Part shown: positions 40,700 to 54,031 of the stretch, in pieces
Numbering within the stretch: position 1 is the stretch's first letter
Layout: each line of letters starts with the position of its first letter
Assembly: GCA_951406725.2 (NCBI GenBank)
Contig: OX597816.1
Coordinates: 113,150,001 to 113,214,000, forward strand
Origin: Octopus vulgaris
Lineage: Eukaryota
DNA: 64,000 bases
Reading direction: 5' to 3'
Notes under the pieces: model-generated
The model's input: the letters and a program-made list of their open reading frames with translations, nothing else
What the model was told of the DNA's origin: nothing
Database searches by the model: none
Translations under genes and position numbers: made by a program

Positions 40700-40997
40700 A
40701 GGACTCTTCCATCAAAGAGGACGTATAACTGTTCATCTTTTGCCGAATGACCTGCACAAATAATTTGTTTCTAGTGATCAAATGCTTACATTGTACATTA
40801 ACTCACTCCCTCCATCAAATCGATGTTACCTGAACAGGTGCACGGTGTACCATGCACCAGATTTCAAAGCAATCTCAGAGCAACGCGAGACGAAGTACTT
40901 TGCTCAAGAACACAGGGCACCACTCGGTCTGGGAATTGAAACCACAATCTCGTGATCAGGAGTGCAACACCCTAACCACAAGGCCATGCGTCTTCAC
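40700..40997 (-). mobile_element. SINE with a family C head, inserted into a family D repeat
   Basis: ttgctcaagaacac...gggaattgaaacc...caccctaaccac is the reverse complement of the family C head. The flanks ~40600-40690 and ~41040-41130 read as two halves of the family D repeat. Confidence 0.65.
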
Positions 40998-41149
40998 ACG
41001 GGACAGATGGTCTTGTGGTTAGGGTGTTACACTCACATAGGCTAGTTAAAATACCATTATTTAATGTGTCCATCTATTTTAAGATTGGCTGTAATTCTAG
41101 CTCGTCAAGCTAACTTGTAAAGATTCCCTTGTTTCTATGCATGATGTAC

Positions 41150-41952
41150 GTATCATCATCGTCCTTTAATGTTTTTTTTCCATGCTGGCATGGGTTGGAC
41201 AGTTTGACAAGAGCTGGCAAGCCAGAGGGCTGAACCAAGCTCTGTTGTCTGTTTTGACATGTTCTTTATGGCTGGATTCCCTTTCTAATACCAACCACTT
41301 TACAGAGTGTATTGGGTGCTTTTATCATAGCACCAGCCCCAATAGGGTCACCTAGTAACTTGCAAAACAAGATAAAGTCCCCTCAGCCGGAGGTATTACT
41401 ATTGAGGGAGGTGACTTAGCACCAGTTGAAGAATGATAGAGGGATAGAGATAGGTGTCTTGTTGTAGAAGAGATACAAGGATAAACCAGTTGGAGAAAGG
41501 GAAAGAAAGAGCAACTTAGAGAGAATATAGAGATGGAGAAAGTGAGAGAGATAGTGGTAGATATGTATTGGAATATACCCTCAAGGTATAGTGGGTGTTG
41601 AAAATAGGTGAATTAATACAGAAGATTGGGCTGGGTGAGCATGCAGGATGGAGGAAGAGGTGGGTAGTTTCATAAGAGTATGAGGAGAGATGATTTGTTG
41701 GGGGTAGACTGTAATAATTGAAGGTGAGGGATATAAGAGTGGCTCCCCTTGAGCCACTCCTATATCTCTGCCCTTCAATTATGTTAGACATGTGAGAGCA
41801 TTAGGAGTGATAGTAGATTAAATAAGGTGTTAAGGATGGAGTATATCAGAGAAGAGAGAGCATGTCTCGAGGAAGTTAAAGGAAGATAATGAGAAATGGA
41901 AATGGTTCTGGGGTGGCGAGCGAATGTTAAATGATGATGATGATGATGATGA
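41150..41952 (-). mobile_element. Composite family E element with (ATC)n/(GAT)n tails facing outward at both ends
   Basis: Starts atcatcatc...ccatgctggcatgggttggacag and ends gaatgttaaatgatgatgatgat. The purine-rich interior contains a 32-bp-stem hairpin. Confidence 0.55.
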
Positions 41953-42489
41953 TATATATATATATAACTGAAATGTTTCATAGAAGTCACTCCATGAATA
42001 ATTACTCTTGACAAGTAGTCAAATACGTAATCAGAATTTCTATCAGAATAAGACTTTAATAAACTTTAAATTAGATTAATCAACCTTAAATTAAATTTTA
42101 CATTCTTTATGAAGTACAAGTATCATTATCATCATTATTTAAATGTCTACTTTTCCATGCTTACATGGGTCATATGAAAGTATGTTTGTGCAGAATTTTC
42201 TGTGACGAGACAGCCTTCCTGTTACCAGCACCCATCTGTTTCCAAGTAATCTCTTATTTTATCAAGCAACAAACGACATGTTTACATGGAGAACTGGAAA
42301 CCTGTAACACTATGAATGAGCTTTTTGTTTACAAAGATTGCACAACATATCAACACCTCAGAAAACCTGGACATGGTTTCACACTGACCTGCAAACAGCA
42401 CTATCTGCATCAACAGTAAGGCTGTTGTTTACAACCAGTGAACATATACGAAGACAAAGGATAATACAAACTCTTTCTCTCTCTCTCTC

Positions 42490-42663
42490 ACACACACACA
42501 CACATACTGACTTCTTCCAGCTTCCATCTACCAAATTCATTCATAGGGCTGTGGTCAGCTCAAGGCTATAGTAGACACTTAACCAAGGTGCCACACAGCA
42601 GAACTGAATCCAAAATGATTTAGTTCGGAAGTAAACTCTATAACCACACAGCCATGCCTGTGC
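42490..42663 (-). mobile_element. SINE family B
   Basis: agacacttaaccaaggtgccacacagc...taaccacacagccatgcctgtgcc; another minus copy lies at ~43490-43626. Confidence 0.8.
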
Positions 42664-43039
42664 CATCTTAGAAGAAAAACCATTGATGAATTTTTAAGCA
42701 TTAATGAAGATAAAAAAAAATATATATATTTTCTTTCCAGGAAAGTTTATGAGACTAGAAACAACAAGAAAATATTGCTTTCATTTACATCATAATAATG
42801 TGCAAGCAGGTATCTTAGGAAGTATGCTTAAGGGAAAGTGTGATATAAACTTGTTTGGAAGAAATCCCCGTCTCTTTAGGATTTAGTAGGTCAGAATTGT
42901 CCTCTTTAGATTTTTTAGAAGATTCTACATTGTCCACTAATCAGCTAGAAATAACAGCCAAATCTCCTTCAAAGCACATCTTACTGTTTTAAAATAAGGA
43001 AAGGTTATATTAGGTAATGTTTTGGGGTTGTTTCTATTT

Positions 43040-43260
43040 ATTTGCTGTATCTGGAGGATGGAGCAGTACCAGTGGCCTTTGTAGAATACTCCCTCCTCCT
43101 TCTGGTCTGATGAGATTGATGTCATTAATGTTCTTGAAATTTTGAAAGACAACACCTGCCGAAAAATATATGAGCAAGGATAGAATTCCAGAGGGCTGAC
43201 ATTCTAGAAAGGATGGACTGAGAGTAGTGGTTAGTGCATGGTAGAGGAGAACTGAAACCA
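43040..43260 (-). mobile_element. 3' end of a CR1/Jockey-group LINE
   Basis: Minus strand TNHYSQSILSRMSALWNSILAHIF.../QNFKNINDINL resembles the RT..Y..SFFPRT..LWNSLP...F......FK..VN terminus. Confidence 0.6.
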
Positions 43261-43322
43261 ACATCTTTATGATCATTAGCCAAACATCCTAACCATGGAA
43301 CCATGTGTCTTCACACACATAT

Positions 43323-43357
<35 letters not shown>

Positions 43358-44509
43358 GTTAACAGAGGAGATTCAGATCCAGCAATGGTCAATATAGAAA
43401 ACACTAAGTAGCACTCAAATGACTTGAACTTTCACTATGAAATCTTTACCAAAGACTAAGTGTGTGTGTGTGTGTGTGTGTGCACGCACATTCACACAGA
43501 GAGCAGTCTTCAACTTAGTTAACCCAAGGCTATGGGACCAGACACTTGCCCAAGAAGCTGATTGGTAGAATCAAACCCAGGCCACATGAATATTGAGCAA
43601 ACCTTTTAACCATACACAGCTATGCCAAAGTCCCAGGGCTCTTCAGTAACACACATCATACATATCTCATATTGTATGCTTTTATACGATGAGAAAAAAA
43701 AAAAACCTTGGTTGTCAAGGGAAATTACATTTTTGCTGAAAATTTTGCACCACTTTAGTACAGTTACCATTACCATCATACTTCCACCTGAAGTATCCAC
43801 AATCTCCACCTAGTTATCATAACTTACATGGAAGCCCTCTCTGATTGTCAGTACAAGGTTGCACTAATTCCTGCTACATGAGCACTTATAGTGCATCTAA
43901 ACTTCTGATTCCAATCAGTCTACAAAAGGTCTCACACCCTGTTTTCCTATTTACTGCTTCAGTGAGTACATAATAGTCAGCTCCTGTATACATAGTAGTA
44001 TCACTTCACAAATACAGTTGGGTTTTGTGTGTTGGACTGCTACATACATTTTAGGCTTCTCTCTAAGTTAACCTTTGGTTGTTTTTGTTATTATTTTTTG
44101 TTTTTTGACCCACTCGTCCAAGTTTGGTATTTTTCTGCAATTCTTCAAAGTGTTTTTGTTTGCTTTTATTTGCTTTAAGAAGAAATCTATGGCCAGGTTC
44201 TCTATAAACATTGATTTGTACACAAAATTTCTCATTTCCTCTACTAAACTTGCTTTAGTAATTTCATACAAATCATTTTTTCACATAACTACAGACTGTA
44301 AGACCCTGATATTGATCATCTCTTGTTAATAATATAGTATTTTTAGCTAAATACTTCTCTTGCAGTGGTTTCACTTGAAATATCACTGATTCCAGGTCTT
44401 GAAATAATCCACAACTGCATTCTCATCATCATTATCATCATCTTCATTTTAAGTCTACTTTTTGATTCTTTAATTCCGCCTTAATGACAAATCATTTATC
44501 TCTGAGCTG

Positions 44510-44915
44510 GTTGTTATTGTTGCTTAACTCCTGGTCAGCCCTGAATTAATAGCTCAATAATCAGATATTCCAGCCATAACTATTCTGTCTTATTCATGCA
44601 GCATATACTGGACATTTCCCATTTTGTAATATATAACAGAATGAGTTTAAAAGCAGATTTTGCTACTATTTCTAACAGTTTAGATGATCACATAGCAGTT
44701 GTTCATGTTATTCTTCATAATAGTAATTGTTATTTAGAACAGATCTTCCACAATCAAACAAACCTATAACCAAAGGCATTCCAGCCATGACAATCCCATC
44801 TTTCTTGGTTTCATGTAGCTCAGACATTATACAATGTGTCTTTTTTTCAACATAATTTGAAGGGAAGATTTGGCTGCTATTTTTAGCATATTGAGCAACC
44901 AAATAGACCCTACTG
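44510..44915 (+). repeat. Two tandem copies of an abundant ~200-bp interspersed repeat (family D)
   Basis: Motifs aaggcattccagccatgac and agatttggctgctatttctagc recur at ~4520, ~18720, ~32205 and ~48955 (+), and ~4250, ~16950, ~25940, ~26560, ~32390, ~42930 and ~51040 (-). Confidence 0.75.
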
Positions 44916-45400
44916 CTTTTACTGTAATCATTGAACAAACCTAAATATGTTAATAATCCATCTTGGTGCTTTCAACAACTATGTCTGAAATACATACACC
45001 TTATTTTTTTTTTATCTTTGTGTCTAATTTTTTAGCCATCTTCTTACTTGACTCTACAATTAGTTTTTCTGTTGGTTACTTTCCTACTCTTCATAGAAAC
45101 ATCATCAACGATTCTCATTTTTCTTATGGGATTTAAAGGCAAACGCATTCATATTATTTCATACTGCAACTCAATAACGTCTTGATTTGTCTGGTTACAC
45201 TTTCTTGGAACTGAAAATATTTTCTGTTAATTGCCACTATGTTGCCTACAGTAAGTCTGAGTTTGACAATTCTATCCACTCAACTTAGCAACGTTTATTA
45301 TATGTTTTTTTTTTTTTTTTTTTTTGCTTCTGTACTTAAAGTACATTTCTTCCAGTATCAGAATTAATAATTAATTTGATGGTATTTTCCTTTCTTCTGA

Positions 45401-45910
45401 GGTGCAGGAATGATTGCGTGGTTAAGAACTTTACTTCACAAGTACACGGTTGCAGATTCTATCACACTGAATGGCATCTCGGATGACTGTCTTCTATTAT
45501 AGCCTCAGATTTACCAATGCCTTATGTGTGAGTGAAATTTGGTTGATGGAAACTGTACCAAAGTTTAAGGTGTATGTTTGTATGTGTACATACATATATA
45601 TGAATATTATAGGTGTAGGTGCAAGCATGGCTGTGTGGTAAGAAGTTAGCTTCTCAACCACATGGTTCTGGGTTCATACCCACTGCATGGCACCTTGGGC
45701 AAGTGTCTTCTACTATAACCTCAGGTTAAACAAAGCCTTGCAAGTGGATTTGGTTTTGGGGAAACTGAAAGAAGCCTGTTGTACATATATATGTGTGTCT
45801 GTGTCATTGTCTGTTTGGATTTTTTTGCATCCCTGTGACTTAATGGTTCAGTAAAAGAGACTAATAGAATAAGTATCAGGCTTAACAAAAAAAAAGTACT
45901 AAGGTTGAAT
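45401..45910 (+). mobile_element. Two tandem SINE family B copies
   Basis: Heads at ~45401 (ggtgcaggaatgattgcgtggttaag) and ~45618 (ggtgcaagcatggctgtgtggtaagaag), each followed by a family B body. Confidence 0.85.
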
Positions 45911-46148
45911 ATATATCATCATCATCATTTAACATCCGTTGTCCATGCTGGCATGGGTTGGACAGTTTGAACAGGTGGGAAGGCTGCACCAGATTCCAGT
46001 CTGATTTGGCATAGTTTTCTACAGCTGGATGCCCTTCCTAATGCCAACCACTCTGAGAGTGTAAAGCATGCTTTTACATACTACTGGCACAGGTGCCATT
46101 TGCATGACACCAGTATCTACTACAACTGCAGTTTTACTTGGCCTGATA

Positions 46149-46870
46149 AGGACACTCTATAACGAAATCTGTTGGAAGGAGAATCCTGAAGACAAAGAAA
46201 TAGCACCCACAATATGGTAGAAGCCATAGCCATTCGTAATAAAAAGGAATACTGGTGGACTGTCCGAGTGAAGACCTCAATAAAATGTAAGCACTTCAGA
46301 CCTGATATGATAATTTGGGATGGAGTAAAGAAACTATGCACAGTTGCAGAAATTAGCTGCCCAACTGATATTAACATAAAACTGAAGATCAGTGAAAAAG
46401 AGAACACCTATTGCTGAACTATTGAGAAATCTACAATTAGTCTATCCAGATTACAAATTCAGGTTTATACCTGTAATTATTGAGGCCCTGGGGTATGTAA
46501 CACACTACCTAAATACCATTCTTGAGAAATTAGGCTTCTCAGAACCAGAAGAGAAAGCTAATTCAAAAAGTACAGATCCAGTCCATCACTGGGCTTGTAA
46601 AAAGTCTGTAAAACTTTCCAGAAGTTTATCATTTAAATATATATGAGCATGTCTAGATATGCAACTATATGCATGAGTGAGAATACATACATAAAATATA
46701 CATATCTTCACATACATGCATACATACACACACACACACACAAACGAACAAACAAACAAAAATATCCTGTTGTTGATGTTGAAATTCTAATGAAGTAGCC
46801 TTGGATCTAAGTTAGACTCCAGTTCTTTCTCTAGCAACAAGAAATCTTGAAATAAACTGATTAATGACAT
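46149..46870 (+). mobile_element. 5'-truncated non-LTR retrotransposon with a restriction-like endonuclease domain (R4/Dong-like), frameshifted
   Basis: ORFs 46214-46417 and 46392-46646 join to EYWW.V.VKT.IKCKHFRPDMIIWD..KKLCTVAEISCP.D.NI..K..EKENTY-ELLRNLQLVYPDYKFRFIPVIIEALGYV, the PD-(D/E)xK RLE signature. A 3' UTR with a CATA microsatellite follows. Confidence 0.8.
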
Positions 46871-47625
46871 ATACACACATATGACAGTGTGTTTCTATTT
46901 GTCTCTGTATTGGCATAATTATAGAATCAGTACATTTGCTTACATTATCTGCAACTTGAGAGTTTCATTTGTTTGGTGTGAAGAGAAGAGCAATAAAAAC
47001 ACCTTACATGGAAAACAAGAGTTGCTGACAAGAAGGGTGTCCGGCTATAGAAATAATACTTCAATACGTATCAGCCAACCCAAACCAGTGAGAAGATATG
47101 GAAGAAGAATTTCATTTAGTTACAAAAGAAGGAAACATCTGCTACAGATATTCAAGATAGTAGGGGAAAATCCGTAGTCAGAAAAAAGATATTTTCTGCA
47201 AAACACAAAATAAATTATATTCATAACATGATTTACACTCATATCATAATAGCATTATTTTGGTTCTCTCAATGTATTGTTTATCCATTAAGCTTTTATG
47301 TTGTGTTTCATAGCTTAATGCATTTCTGATGATGACAATTATATGTAGAAATCTAGTACAAAACTAGGTTTTGTTTTTGTTTTGTTTTTGTTGGGGTTTT
47401 TTCACATTATGCTTGACCTTTCTAGGTATTGTAAAAGATATGATTTGCTTTGCACTGTTGATAGTGTTAACTGTCACTACAATCTGAAAATAGATATAAT
47501 TTTCTCATGGAGATTCCTTAAAAGAAGGGTTGTGCTCATAGCCTATGGCCTTCCTAAGAGTGGAGGTTTAAAAGGTTAATGAAGTTAGTGCATTATTGTT
47601 ATCTACAGTTAACTGTAATATTAGT

Positions 47626-47838
47626 GTTTTGAAATTTTGGTACAAGGCCAGCAATTTCAGGGGAAGGAGTAAGTTAGTTACACCAACCCCAGTACTAAAC
47701 TGGTGCTTATTTTATCGACCCCAAAAGGACAAAAGACAAAACCAACCATGGCAGCATTTGAACTCAGAATGTAAAGATGGATGAAATGCTGTTAAGCTTT
47801 TGCTTGGCATGTTAATGATTCTGCCAGCTCGCCACCTT
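47626..47838 (-). mobile_element. SINE family A
   Basis: gcatttgaactcagaatgtaaag...aatgattctgccagctcgccacc. Confidence 0.85.
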
Positions 47839-49599
47839 CGTTTTGTATATCAATATTATCAACAGTATAGTTCTATGGATGAAATGGATTAATTGTACTC
47901 CTAGGCATTGTTTTTTTTCTTTTTTTCTTTTTTTTACAATTTGGGAGATGTTGTGGCATTAGGCTCTAAGTGTGTCAACAAGCAAAAGAAAAATAATTTT
48001 AAACGGTTTTGAAGTGAAGCCAGTTAGCTCTATCTTTTCCTATTTGTTAAAAATTTTATTTATTTAGATCAATGAAGCTGATGCAATATAACATTTTCAT
48101 TTTGATAAAATAAACCCACTTCTGAAGAATTCAACTTAGAATATTAAAAATTGTGCTTTTCTTTTTTTAGCCTGACTTATACTTCTATATATTTAGTTTT
48201 GTTTTTTCTATTTTTGCAATGTTAATCCTGGAGCCATCCAATTAGGGTGAAGATTGCTATTATCATGAAGTAGAAGTTAAATGAATATTGACACTTTTTT
48301 CTTTCTCTTTTTCCAAAATTTTACTTAGAAATATTAGAAAATACAAGATTAAATATCATATCCAGGTCTTTTAACTCTTTTAACTGCAAGAACAGCAGTT
48401 TCCATTCTGAAATGCTAGAATTGTTTTATAATGGATGGCGTTTGTATAAACAAAAAGGAATTTTAAATAACACAAAAAGAAAACAACGTAAGGTAAATAC
48501 TGTTGCTAAACAGAAATATAATTGCCTAAATTATAGTTGCTGCTGTTATGTTGTTATTTTTATACGTTTATGTTATTTGTTCCACTTCCATAATATTTTG
48601 CAAAGTGGAACTCTCACTTTCATAACATTACCTAAATGAACTTTTCTACAGATCTCAAATTGTCTTTAATTTAAATTCATTGTTTCTCACAACTTTGCTC
48701 ATTGTATAAGTGTCTGTACACGTGTGTGAGTATCTGTGTGTATTCATGTACTTTTTGTTCCCATCATCATAAGCTTTATTGCAAAACTGTAGTTTTTCTT
48801 AGGTCAACATCACTATTGAGAATAGTTTTCTTAACTTCCAGTTCAATCTCTCTTCTAGTATTTCTTCCTCACCTTCTCTCTCTCTCTCCACATTCATTAT
48901 TCCCATTTAGAGCCATAGATGCCAGAGTCAGTAAGTAGAGCACCAAAGAACTAGTTGAGTTATTGTTTAACCCCTGGTCAACTCTGATTAAGTAGACCTG
49001 TGATGAAAAACATTCCTCTGTGATCATTCCATCTTGTATTCAGACATAGTTTACTTAAGACTACATTATTTAATATACCCTTCACATCTATTATAGTGTT
49101 TGAGATTTGGCTGCTGTTTCTAACTTGCTGAGCAGCCAAGTAGAGGCTCCCTCATTATGTTGATCTGGCCATGGCTCTGCAGTCATGATAAACATAAATT
49201 AATCATTAACCCCGATGTATCTTACAGCGTATGAGTACCCCTAATATGAAACTATGGCTCTGTAAATCTGATGGGTGTCTCTTTCAATCTCAGTTCCATG
49301 TTTTGATTGTCTTGTGCATTTAGGTCATAAATGAATCATTAAGTACTAGTGCTTGTCTTAATTGTTTCACAACCCACCACCCCAGAAATGGATTTGATTT
49401 CGTGTTATCGACATCTTATCAACTCATATCCATCTAAATATTTATTTACACTATAAAAATAAAGCTGTATGCTCTAATTCCAGGAATAGAAAAACTGTTC
49501 TGGCCCCTTCAAACACTACTTTATGCTCTCATCTCCAACATTTCTACTGTAAGATGTTTAATGAATTGCAATTAACTATATATACAAATAATGCACTAT

Positions 49600-49878
49600 C
49601 CAAATGTGGCCGATGCCAGCCCCACCTTGACTGGCTCCTGTGCCGGTGGCACATAAAAAGCACCATCCGATCATGGTCGATGGCAGCTCCCTCTGGCACC
49701 TGTACCGGTGGCACGTAAAAAGCACCCACTACACTCTCCGAGTGGTTGGCATTAAGAAGGGCATTCAGCTGTAGAAACACTGCCAGATCAGACTGGAGCC
49801 TGGTGCAGACTCCTGGCTTCAAACTGTCAACTCATGCCAGCATGCAAAGCAGATGTTAAACAATGATGATTATGATGA
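49600..49878 (+). mobile_element. Family E element with an RTE-type tail
   Basis: ccggtggcac(a/g)taaaaagcacc twice, then gaagggcattcagctgtagaaac and catgccagcatgcaaagcagatgttaaacaatgatgat. Confidence 0.8.
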
Positions 49879-50012
49879 ATGCAAATAATCATTTATACAA
49901 GTAATGCAATTTTATATTCTCAATATCCAATGTTCTACCATTGTTTCTATAAGCTGTCCTCATCTTTCATTCCTTTCCATAATAAGAATTTTTTGTGTGT
50001 CTTTAAATGAAA

Positions 50013-50043
<31 letters not shown>

Positions 50044-50045
<2 letters not shown>

Positions 50046-50255
50046 CCTTTCTACTAGAGGCACAAAGCCTCAAATTTGTGTGGAGGTGACTAGTCGATTA
50101 CATAAACCCCAGTCTTTCAATATATTTAATTTATCAAACCCAAAAGGATGAAAGGCAAAGTCGACCTCAGCAGAATTTGAACTCAGAACATAGTGATGGG
50201 TGAAATACCGCTAAGCATTTTGCTCAGCATGCTAATGATTCTGCCAGCTTGCTGC
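50044..50255 (-). mobile_element. SINE family A embedded in (AAT)n
   Basis: Family A body with (AAT)n on both sides; a further partial copy lies at ~50625-50790. Confidence 0.85.
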
Positions 50256-53200
50256 AATAATAATAATAACAATAATAATTTGCCTTGGTATAAAAGATAG
50301 GCTACAGGAAATGTTCCACTCAATACCACAGATTTGCTTGTCAGTTGTTTGACCATAACCAGTTGAGCCTGTCCCTTAGTGGCTGACGATATGTGCATCT
50401 CTGATCATGAGCAGAAGTAGTGGGGGAGCATCATAGCCATGTGTTGAGAGGAATTCTTTGGAGTTTGGATAATTCACCTCTGGAAACATGGATGTTTCAT
50501 CCAACATCCTTATGGTTGTGATGCATGTGCCCAGTGTACCCTTATCAGACAAGTAGTCATGATGGGTATACTGGGCTTTGTATATTTTACCACAGTGTCA
50601 CTTTGATGACATGTGCTACTCTAACAATGGTCCTTTATACAAATAGGCAAAAGGCCTGAAATTTTAGGTGAGGGCTCATTCTTATTTTATCAACCCCAAA
50701 AGAATGAAAGGCAGAGTAGACCTCGGTGGCATTTGAACTCAAAAAGTAAAGCTGGATGAAATGCTGTTCGGCATTTTGCCTGGTGTGTCATGTTGTGTCA
50801 CACTGTGTCATGCTTAATCACCCTGAAAACTACATGGAGTGCTCAGCCACTTGCACGTTAATTTCACAAGCAGGCTGTTCCATTGATTGGATTAACTGGA
50901 ACCTACATCATCATAACTGGCAGAGTGCCACACATCTTTTATTATTCCTAGAAAGAAGAGTTTCACTCCTGCTTCACATATATAGTCCATTGTCATGGAT
51001 TCTCTTTTAATTAAATGTGCTATTTGCCTTGGAGTAGATATTGTGTGAAGGATCCATGTGGTGGATCCCTTGGAGATAGCAGCCAACTCTCACTCAAATC
51101 ACACCCTACTGCTTTAAAAAAAGTAAAAGATGTACTAGATAATGGGATCTGGAAGAATCCTTGATTGAGAAAAAGATGGGATGCTCATGGCTTGGATGTC
51201 TGAAACTAAATAACAACAGTAAATTCCCAGTCCCATCACTGATCATGCCTCTCTCATGCATTCCTCAACCCTTTTGATCAAAGTCTTCTACCCCAAGCAT
51301 GATAATGGCAAATATGCTGTCCACTCAAAATTAGGTTGACATTCAATTTTGAATTGATTTAGATTTACTTTTGTCTTCACTCTTGGATATGCTTATCATC
51401 TGAGAACTTCCTCAGACAAAGAGTTTCCAAAGTTGAACTCTTTGTTTTGATTCTGTATTTGTGAGGGGAAACAATTAATTACATATTTCATATTTATTAC
51501 CCCTTATCCTGTTATTTATTTAGTTATTTTTCAACAAATATTAGCATGCACCATTTTTTTTTTAAATGCTACTTGTATTTGTTGCATTTGGAGTGTTATC
51601 TTTGAATATTAAAACCCAACACATCACTATCATCACAAGACTGACTTCTAGGTATGAAGAGATGTTCTTTTCAAATTAATTTTTTTTGTAGCATTTTATA
51701 AAGAAATCAATAAAAATATTGGAATCGATTTTTCAGATTGATCTGTTTTTATTTGAACTGAGATTACAACCAGTTTTTTTTTCTTTAAGTGTCATATTTT
51801 ATATAATTCCAACTAATAGGATAATATTAACCCTTGTCTTTTTCTGCAATTCAAGAAATACACATTACATAAAATATTAAAAATGAAATTCTTTCAGCTA
51901 AGAATTTCATTTCTTTTCCGTTTGATGTTATTTAATGAAAACAAGGAAAATATTTCTGACTCAACAATTTCCATTTTGTCTACTCGTTTCTATTTCATAA
52001 AACAGAATTCTAGGAGACTGAAGGACTCTGTCCAAAATGTTGGTTATTCCATTCCTCAAAGCTGTTTCACAGTACTTTTTCTCTCACCTATTTTTTTTTT
52101 CCATAAAAAAATGTCTGCTGTAATCCTATGTATGTATTCTTCCTATATCATCTATATTCTTTGATATACCTATCTTGGGCATATGCTTTTTGATGATTTG
52201 TAATCCCCTGACATGTTCTTACAATTTTGCATCTAATTCTCATTTCATTTTAACTATTATTTTGTGTCGATGACCATTTTTCATTATTAACATACATCAA
52301 ATAAATTTGAAATTCCCTTCTTCGTAATATACATATTTACTTTTCCATGCAGAATGTTTCTTGGAATGTAACTGACCAAATTTGTTGCTTATTACTCTTT
52401 TAGCTGACTCTACATATAGTAATTAGAGGGTTAATTGTCTTGGTTTGCCTTTTAGCATACCACTCTCTTGTTGAATTCACTAGTTAATTGGAATATATTT
52501 TAAAGTGAAATAACACAATTGTAGCCTAGACATTCTACTTCAGAATATTATCTATCTATTTAGGTTATTTGATCATTAACTTATTTCTGGTAATAAAGAT
52601 GTCAGTACTTTTGCTGATATTTTGCTGTCAAAGAAAGATATTTACTTTCAAAAATGAACCCTTGTTGTTTGTAGGCTAGAGTTTTCACCTGATATAAAAT
52701 TGTTTCTTTAGACAAATCATATTATTTCCTTTAGCTGGGCAAGATAAATATATGAAGGGAACACTCTAGAATCAATTGAAACTAGTGATAGTTTGCATCA
52801 GCCAGATACCATTCAATAAAATCCACAAAACGATATAGGTTTTGAAATACTGTAAATCTCTTCTTATAATGGTTCTCAAAAGTTTTTCCATTTTGTGAAC
52901 TATAAAGCTAAAGTGAGCTCTTTTATCTTCTGCTATCTTTTTTTTTTTTTCACACATTTTTCTTTTTATGTTTTTTTTGGGGTTTTTTTTGTTGAGAAGT
53001 TGGAACTAATGTTTGGTGAGTTGGCACTAAATTATTGCTGTTAATTCACAGTCTAAAGAATTTGAAGTTAGAGTTTTATAGAAATATATGGTGGAAGCAA
53101 AAGGTATTCTACACTGGTAGTGTTCAGAATAAATGATTGAATGCAATGTTTTGTACAAAGTCACATGAGGGACTACTCGACCTTAACATTTTCAATGAAG

Positions 53201-54031
53201 CCTACTCTAAAGTACTGCAATGCAGAACCAACAAATTAGTTTCTTTTCACTGTACCAAAACACAAATGCTACACACATGAAATAGCAAACCATAATACTA
53301 AATTTCACTTCTTCATGAATGATATTGAAGCTGTCATTTTTAAACATGCTACACTAACAATTGCAGATAACCTGTATGCCCTTGTGTAATTCAAATTTCT
53401 GAAACTGCATTGCAAAGGCTGCCTTTTTTCTTAAAGACTGTAATTTACTTTGGCACTTCTTAACCCTAAACTGAAAACTAAGCCTTCTTAAATCCATTTT
53501 GAGAATGCTAAAAATATAGTTCTTCCAGAAAAGATTGCTGGAGACGGTAAATCCTTGCAAGTGCAGTTAGCAAGCTGGGAGCTGTTCATAAGGAGGAGGA
53601 GGATCTGGATATAACTGGTTATGTATCTCTACTGTTAAATGGGAAGAGTATGGGGAAGGACCTCATTAATGGAAGATATGGATGTCAGTTGGGAATTGTT
53701 AATGTTGGCAGTGAACTGAACATAAAATTGGAATAACATGGAGGAGTAAGGGTTGGGTATGTTACAGGTAGATGAGTATTAACCATATGGCTGTTCATTT
53801 ACTGCAATATTTTAACTATATTTTTGATGGACACTAGTGTGTTATATTTGTTTATTTTTTATGTTGCATTTTTAAACATTTTAATGCTAACACCAAGGGC
53901 TAATTGAGTAAATTTGGAAATTTTTGCTTCAATTATTTGAATAGATATTCTACTACTAGGTAGTCCCTATAATTCTAAACTCCTAGACTTAGAATGAAAA
54001 TAATACCTATTTTCAGCAAAGTGTAACAGGA

